DNA of 50,487 bases from an uncultured Acetobacteraceae bacterium (GTDB lineage: Bacteria > Pseudomonadota > Alphaproteobacteria > Acetobacterales > Acetobacteraceae). The first letter of the stretch is position 1, and every line of letters begins with the position of its first letter. Below, in pieces: positions 46,351-50,487 of this stretch. Made by a program: the position numbers and the translations under genes. The notes under the pieces are model-generated. The model ran no database searches, was not told the DNA's origin, and saw only the letters and a program-made list of their open reading frames with translations. The stretch covers positions 1 to 50,487 of the forward strand of contig CALMAB010000489.1 of assembly GCA_937858325.1 (NCBI GenBank). Direction: 5' to 3'.

Positions 46351-47174
46351 TGCGGCGCTGCCTCGCGCGGCCGGCGGCGGTGATCGGCCTTGCTTTGCTG
46401 GCGCTGCTCGCCGTCGCGATCGTGTTTGCCGACCTGCTGGCGCCCTACTCGCCGATTATGGCCGATCCGTTGCACTCGCTCGAATCCCCCTCGTCCCTGC
46501 ACCTGCTCGGCACGGACGTCTCCGGCATGGACGTGCTTTCGCGCATCATTTTTGCCACCCGCATCAACCTCCTGGTCGGCATCGTCTCCGTGGCCGGCGC
46601 GTTTCTGGTCGGCGTTCCCATCGGACTGCTCACCGGCTTCTACCGGGGCTTCGTGAGCGCCCTGGTCATGCGTTTGTTCGACTTCATCCAGTCCTTTCCA
46701 GTATTCGTGCTGGGGATGGCGCTGGTTTCGGTGCTCGGCCAGGAGATCTGGAACGTGGCGCTGGTGCTCGCGGTGCTGTTCGTGCCGCTGTTCGCGCGGC
46801 TGGTGCGGGCGGAGGTGCTGTCGTTGCGCGAGCGGCCATTCATCAGCGCCGCCCGCTGCTCCGGCGCGTCGGACCTCGCGGTAATGGTCCGCCACCTGTT
46901 GCCGAACGCGCTGACGCCGGCGCTGGTGCAACTGTCGATCAGCGTCGGCATGGCCATCCTGCTGACCGCGGGGCTGTCGTTCATCGGCGCCGGCGTGCGG
47001 ATGCCGACGCCGGAATGGGGATTGATGGTCAGCTCCGGCGCACAGCAGATGATCCTTGGCGTCTGGTGGGTTTCGCTCTTTCCCGGCATCGCCATCGTGA
47101 TCGCCGTGCTCTGCTTCGCCCTGCTGGGCGACGAGATGCGGCGGCTGCTCGACCCGACGCGGCACCGCCGCTGA
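46350..47174 (+). CDS. Peptide-type ABC permease (DppC family)
   Basis: HLLGTD..GMDVLSR, RHLLPN, LSFIGAG..PTPEWG. Confidence 0.93.
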   Translation: MRRCLARPAAVIGLALLALLAVAIVFADLLAPYSPIMADPLHSLESPSSLHLLGTDVSGMDVLSRIIFATRINLLVGIVSVAGAFLVGVPIGLLTGFYRGFVSALVMRLFDFIQSFPVFVLGMALVSVLGQEIWNVALVLAVLFVPLFARLVRAEVLSLRERPFISAARCSGASDLAVMVRHLLPNALTPALVQLSISVGMAILLTAGLSFIGAGVRMPTPEWGLMVSSGAQQMILGVWWVSLFPGIAIVIAVLCFALLGDEMRRLLDPTRHRR

Positions 47175-48889
47175 TGGCGGGCGAAGATCGCAGCACGACG
47201 CTTGAGGTGGACCACCTCGGCATCGCGTTCGGAGCCGGGGCGGCCGAGCATGCCGTGCTTCGGGACGTCACCTTCCGGCTGGGCAGGAACGAGATCCTCG
47301 GCATCGTCGGCGAGACCGGCGCGGGCAAGTCGGTGCTGGCGCAGGCGCTGGTTGGCCTGCTGCCCGGCGACGGCCGGGTCGTGCAGGGCGAGATCCGCGT
47401 GAACGGCCGCCCGCTCGCGGCGATGAACGAGCGGGACCGCCGGCAGCTTCGGGGCGGCGCCATCTCGTTGATCGGCACGAGCGCCAAGACCCTGCTCGAT
47501 CCCGTCGAGACGGTCGGCCGGCAGATCGCCCGCGTGCTGCGCGCGCACCGCCCGTGCGGCCGGCGAGCAGCCTGGCGGCAGACCGTGCAGTTGCTCGGCG
47601 ATGTCGGCATCATCGATTCGGAGCAGCGTGCCCGCGCCTATCCGCACGAGCTTTCGGGCGGCATGGCGCAGCGGGTGGTGATCGCCATGGCCTTGATCGC
47701 GCGGCCCGACATCATCCTCGCCGACGATGCGACGCTCGGGCTGGACGCGACGGTGCAGGTGCAGGTGCTCGACCTGCTGGTGGCCCGCTCCCGCGAGCGC
47801 GGCGTCTCCGTCATCCTCATCACCCACGACCTCGGCATCGTGGCGCATTACTGCGACCGCGTCGCCATCATGCGGGCGGGCCGCATCGAGGAGCTGCAAG
47901 CCGTGCAGGGCTTCCTCGCGCAACCAGGGACCGCCTACAGCGAGAGCCTGCTCGGCGCCGCGCGGGCGCGTCCGGTGCCGGCCGACCATCTCTCGACGGC
48001 AACGCAGCGCCTGGGCGATGCGGGCGAGGCGGTGGCGCCGCGCGGCGAAACGCTTCTGGTGGTGGAAAACCTGCAGAAGCTGTTTGCCGCGGGCGCCGCC
48101 CAGCCGCCGCTCCGTGCCGTCGATGGCGTGAGCTTCTCGCTGGCGCGCGGCGAGACCCTGGCCCTGGTCGGCGAGAGCGGCTCGGGCAAGACCACCATCG
48201 GGCAGTGCCTGCTGCGGCTGCTGACCGCAACGGCGGGCGGCATGAGGTTTGACGGCATCGATATCGCCGCCTTGACGGAGCGGCAGTTCCGGCCGCTGCG
48301 CCAGCGCATGCAGATGGTCTTCCAGGAGCCTTACGTCGCGCTCAACCCGCGCTGGCGCGTCTGCGACCTGATCTCGGAGCCGCTCCGGCTGCTTGAACCC
48401 GTTTCGCGCCGCGACCGCCAGGCCCGGGTCAACGAACTGCTCGATCTGGTGCAACTACCGCGCCGTCTCGCCGAAGCGTATCCTCACCAGTTGACCGCCG
48501 GCGAGCAGAAGCGGATCGGCATCGCCCGCGCGCTCGCGACCCGGCCGGATTTCGTGGTCTTCGACGAGCCGACCACGGCGCTCGACATCCGCGTGCGCGC
48601 CCAGATCATCGACCTGATCCGCTCGCTGCAGGTCCGCACCGGCCTGTCCGCGCTGTTCATCACCCATGACCTGAACTCGGTGCGGTCGCTGGCACACAAC
48701 GTTATCGTGCTGAACCGGGGCCAGATCGTCGAGCGCGGCGAGACGGAAACCATTTTTGCCCGTCCGCAACATGCCTACACGCGCCTGCTGCTGACGGCGG
48801 AGCTGCCGATCGAGTGGTCCGCCAGCCGTCGCTCCGGGACCCCGGTCCCAGTCCTCACAGCGGAGCGTGGAGCCTCAGCGAGGCGTTGA
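47174..48889 (+). CDS. Fused DppD/DppF ABC ATP-binding protein
   Basis: GETGAGKS and GESGSGKT Walker A motifs, YPHELSGGM, FDEPTTALD; TGATG overlap with dppC. Confidence 0.93.
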   Translation: MAGEDRSTTLEVDHLGIAFGAGAAEHAVLRDVTFRLGRNEILGIVGETGAGKSVLAQALVGLLPGDGRVVQGEIRVNGRPLAAMNERDRRQLRGGAISLIGTSAKTLLDPVETVGRQIARVLRAHRPCGRRAAWRQTVQLLGDVGIIDSEQRARAYPHELSGGMAQRVVIAMALIARPDIILADDATLGLDATVQVQVLDLLVARSRERGVSVILITHDLGIVAHYCDRVAIMRAGRIEELQAVQGFLAQPGTAYSESLLGAARARPVPADHLSTATQRLGDAGEAVAPRGETLLVVENLQKLFAAGAAQPPLRAVDGVSFSLARGETLALVGESGSGKTTIGQCLLRLLTATAGGMRFDGIDIAALTERQFRPLRQRMQMVFQEPYVALNPRWRVCDLISEPLRLLEPVSRRDRQARVNELLDLVQLPRRLAEAYPHQLTAGEQKRIGIARALATRPDFVVFDEPTTALDIRVRAQIIDLIRSLQVRTGLSALFITHDLNSVRSLAHNVIVLNRGQIVERGETETIFARPQHAYTRLLLTAELPIEWSASRRSGTPVPVLTAERGASARR

Positions 48890-49045
48890 TGGCGTGAGCC
48901 GGAACGTCTTGCCCACGTCCCCGCAGCCGGGGGGTATGGTCACAGGTCCAGGCGAGCGCGCTTGACATGTTTCCATCGCAGGCCGGCACTCGGATCGGCA
49001 AGCACGAGCCGTTCAACTGCCGTCCTCCGCCGCGCGCTGCCCCAC

Positions 49046-50035
49046 TCAGCCCAGCCGGAACAGCGCCGCCGCGTTCCCGCCCGTCACCGCCGCGCGCTGC
49101 GCCGCGTTCAGTCGCCCGCACGCCTTCAAGCGCCCGACTGGATCCATGTCCCCCATGTCGAACGGGTAGTCGGACCCCAGCAGCACCCGGTCCGCGCCGG
49201 CCAGGGCGACCAGGTTCTCGATCAGGTCGGACCGGAACACGCAGGTGTCGAACCACAACCGCCGCAGGTAGGCGGAGGGCGGCTCGGCGGTCAGCCGCCG
49301 CAGTTCCGGCCGGCGCTCCCACGCATGATCCAGCCGTCCGGCATAGGACGGGACGTAGCCGCCGCCGTGGCAGATCAGCACGCGCAGCCCGGGGGGCCGG
49401 TCCAGCACGCCGCCCAGGACCAGGTGATGAAAGGCGATCGTCTCCTCCAGTGGCTGGCCCACGACGTTCACCATGAAGAACGGCCCCAGCCGCGCCCCGT
49501 CCGAGAAGCCGAGCGGGTGGATCACCACCACCGTCCCCAGGCCGGCCAGGCATTCCCACAGGGGATCGAAGCACCGGTCGGACAGCTCACGCCCGTTCAC
49601 CCGGGAGTCGATCTGGAAACCGCGGAGGCCCAGCCCTCCCACGCCCCGCCGCGCTTCCGCGCAGGATCCGGCCACGTCGGCCATTGGCAGGGTGCCCAGC
49701 CCGGCCGCAATGCCGGGCGCCTGCGCCACGAAGGCCGCGACGTGGTCGTTCTGCATCGCCGACAGCCGGCGCAGCAGGGCGGTCTCCGCCCAGTAATGCT
49801 GCTGGCCCGGCGCCGGGGCCACCAATTGGGCATCCACCCGCATCCGCCGCATGTCCGCCCGGCGCTGCTCCCAGCCGTTGAACGCCGCGCGCAGGCGGGG
49901 ACCCTCGGCCGCATCGGTGGCGGCGCTGTCCGGCCCCATGTCGCGCTTGTAGGGAATGGCGGCGTAGCCCGGCAGGTCCCGCACCAAAGGCTCCACCGCC
50001 GGGCAAAAGGTGTGGGTGTGGATGTCAACGATCAT
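49046..50035 (-). CDS. Amidohydrolase-2 (ACMSD/decarboxylase-like) family protein
   Basis: DIHTH, IHPLG, CHGGG, GSDYPF. Confidence 0.9.
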   Translation of the reverse strand: MIVDIHTHTFCPAVEPLVRDLPGYAAIPYKRDMGPDSAATDAAEGPRLRAAFNGWEQRRADMRRMRVDAQLVAPAPGQQHYWAETALLRRLSAMQNDHVAAFVAQAPGIAAGLGTLPMADVAGSCAEARRGVGGLGLRGFQIDSRVNGRELSDRCFDPLWECLAGLGTVVVIHPLGFSDGARLGPFFMVNVVGQPLEETIAFHHLVLGGVLDRPPGLRVLICHGGGYVPSYAGRLDHAWERRPELRRLTAEPPSAYLRRLWFDTCVFRSDLIENLVALAGADRVLLGSDYPFDMGDMDPVGRLKACGRLNAAQRAAVTGGNAAALFRLG

Positions 50036-50060
50036 GGGCTGCCGGTTCCTTCATTTCCTG

Positions 50061-50487
50061 TCATGTGACCCCCAGGAACCGGGCCAGCGCGGCCTCGTCA
50101 TGCCCCGCCGCGCTTGCCGTGGCCTCGTGCACCACATGCCCGGTTTCCAGCACGTAAACCCGGTCGGCCAGGGCCAAGGCGCTGTGCAGGTTCTGCTCCA
50201 CCAGCAGCACCGCCATGCCGTCCGCCTTCAATGCCTGGATGATGCCCTCGACATGCTGCACCATGACCGGGGCCAGGCCCTCCGACGGCTCGTCCATCAG
50301 GATCAGCTCGGGATCGGTCATCAGCGCGCGGGCGACGGCCAGCATCCCGCGCTCCCCGCCGGACAGCTCCCCGCCGCGGTTGGCCCGGCGTTCGGCCAGG
50401 CGGGGAAAGGCGTAGAAGTCCCGCGCCACCGTCCAGCCTTGCGTGGCGCGGGCCGGCTTCAGCACCGTCAGGTGTTCTAGGACCGTC
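50061..50487 (-). CDS. Branched-chain amino acid ABC ATP-binding protein (LivF family), 5' end outside the window
   Basis: TVLEHL, FPRLAER, LSGGERGML, MDEPSEGLAP, VEQN. Confidence 0.88.
   Translation of the reverse strand, partial: TVLEHLTVLKPARATQGWTVARDFYAFPRLAERRANRGGELSGGERGMLAVARALMTDPELILMDEPSEGLAPVMVQHVEGIIQALKADGMAVLLVEQNLHSALALADRVYVLETGHVVHEATASAAGHDEAALARFLGVT

Overview
GC-rich bacterial DNA, probably alphaproteobacterial (inferred from IS types and gene families). The window opens with the 3' end of selD and a tRNA-Sec (selC). An integrative element is inserted at selC: a P4-type tyrosine integrase, an AlpA/excisionase-like gene and a few uncharacterised ORFs. The largest of these ORFs (2923-4452, minus strand) carries an out-of-frame iteron-like array, an AT-richer spacer and two inverted DnaA-box-like 9-mers in its linker region. 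This suggests an unrecognised replication initiator with an internal origin. Decayed IS481, IS3 and IS1595 elements follow; two of them are broken by related ~25-bp hairpin inserts. From 7.9 to 34.4 kb lies an orphan-enzyme catabolic cluster: four CUT2 sugar ABC systems (five binding proteins), two PfkB kinases, an M42-like hydrolase, an amidase, BtpA/SgcQ, two alpha+beta-barrel-like proteins, a DUF1355 GATase-like protein, a CE4 deacetylase, a YhfX PLP enzyme, and GntR and LacI regulators. From 34.6 to 48.9 kb lies a nitrogen-scavenging cluster with sigma54-type promoters: a class-III aminotransferase, hydantoinase/oxoprolinase A+B, a PuuE-like deacetylase, two SDRs, a Dpp-type ABC system and a FadR regulator. 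The window ends with an amidohydrolase and a partial livF. No convincing attR was found. All calls are by eye from motifs; no searches were run.
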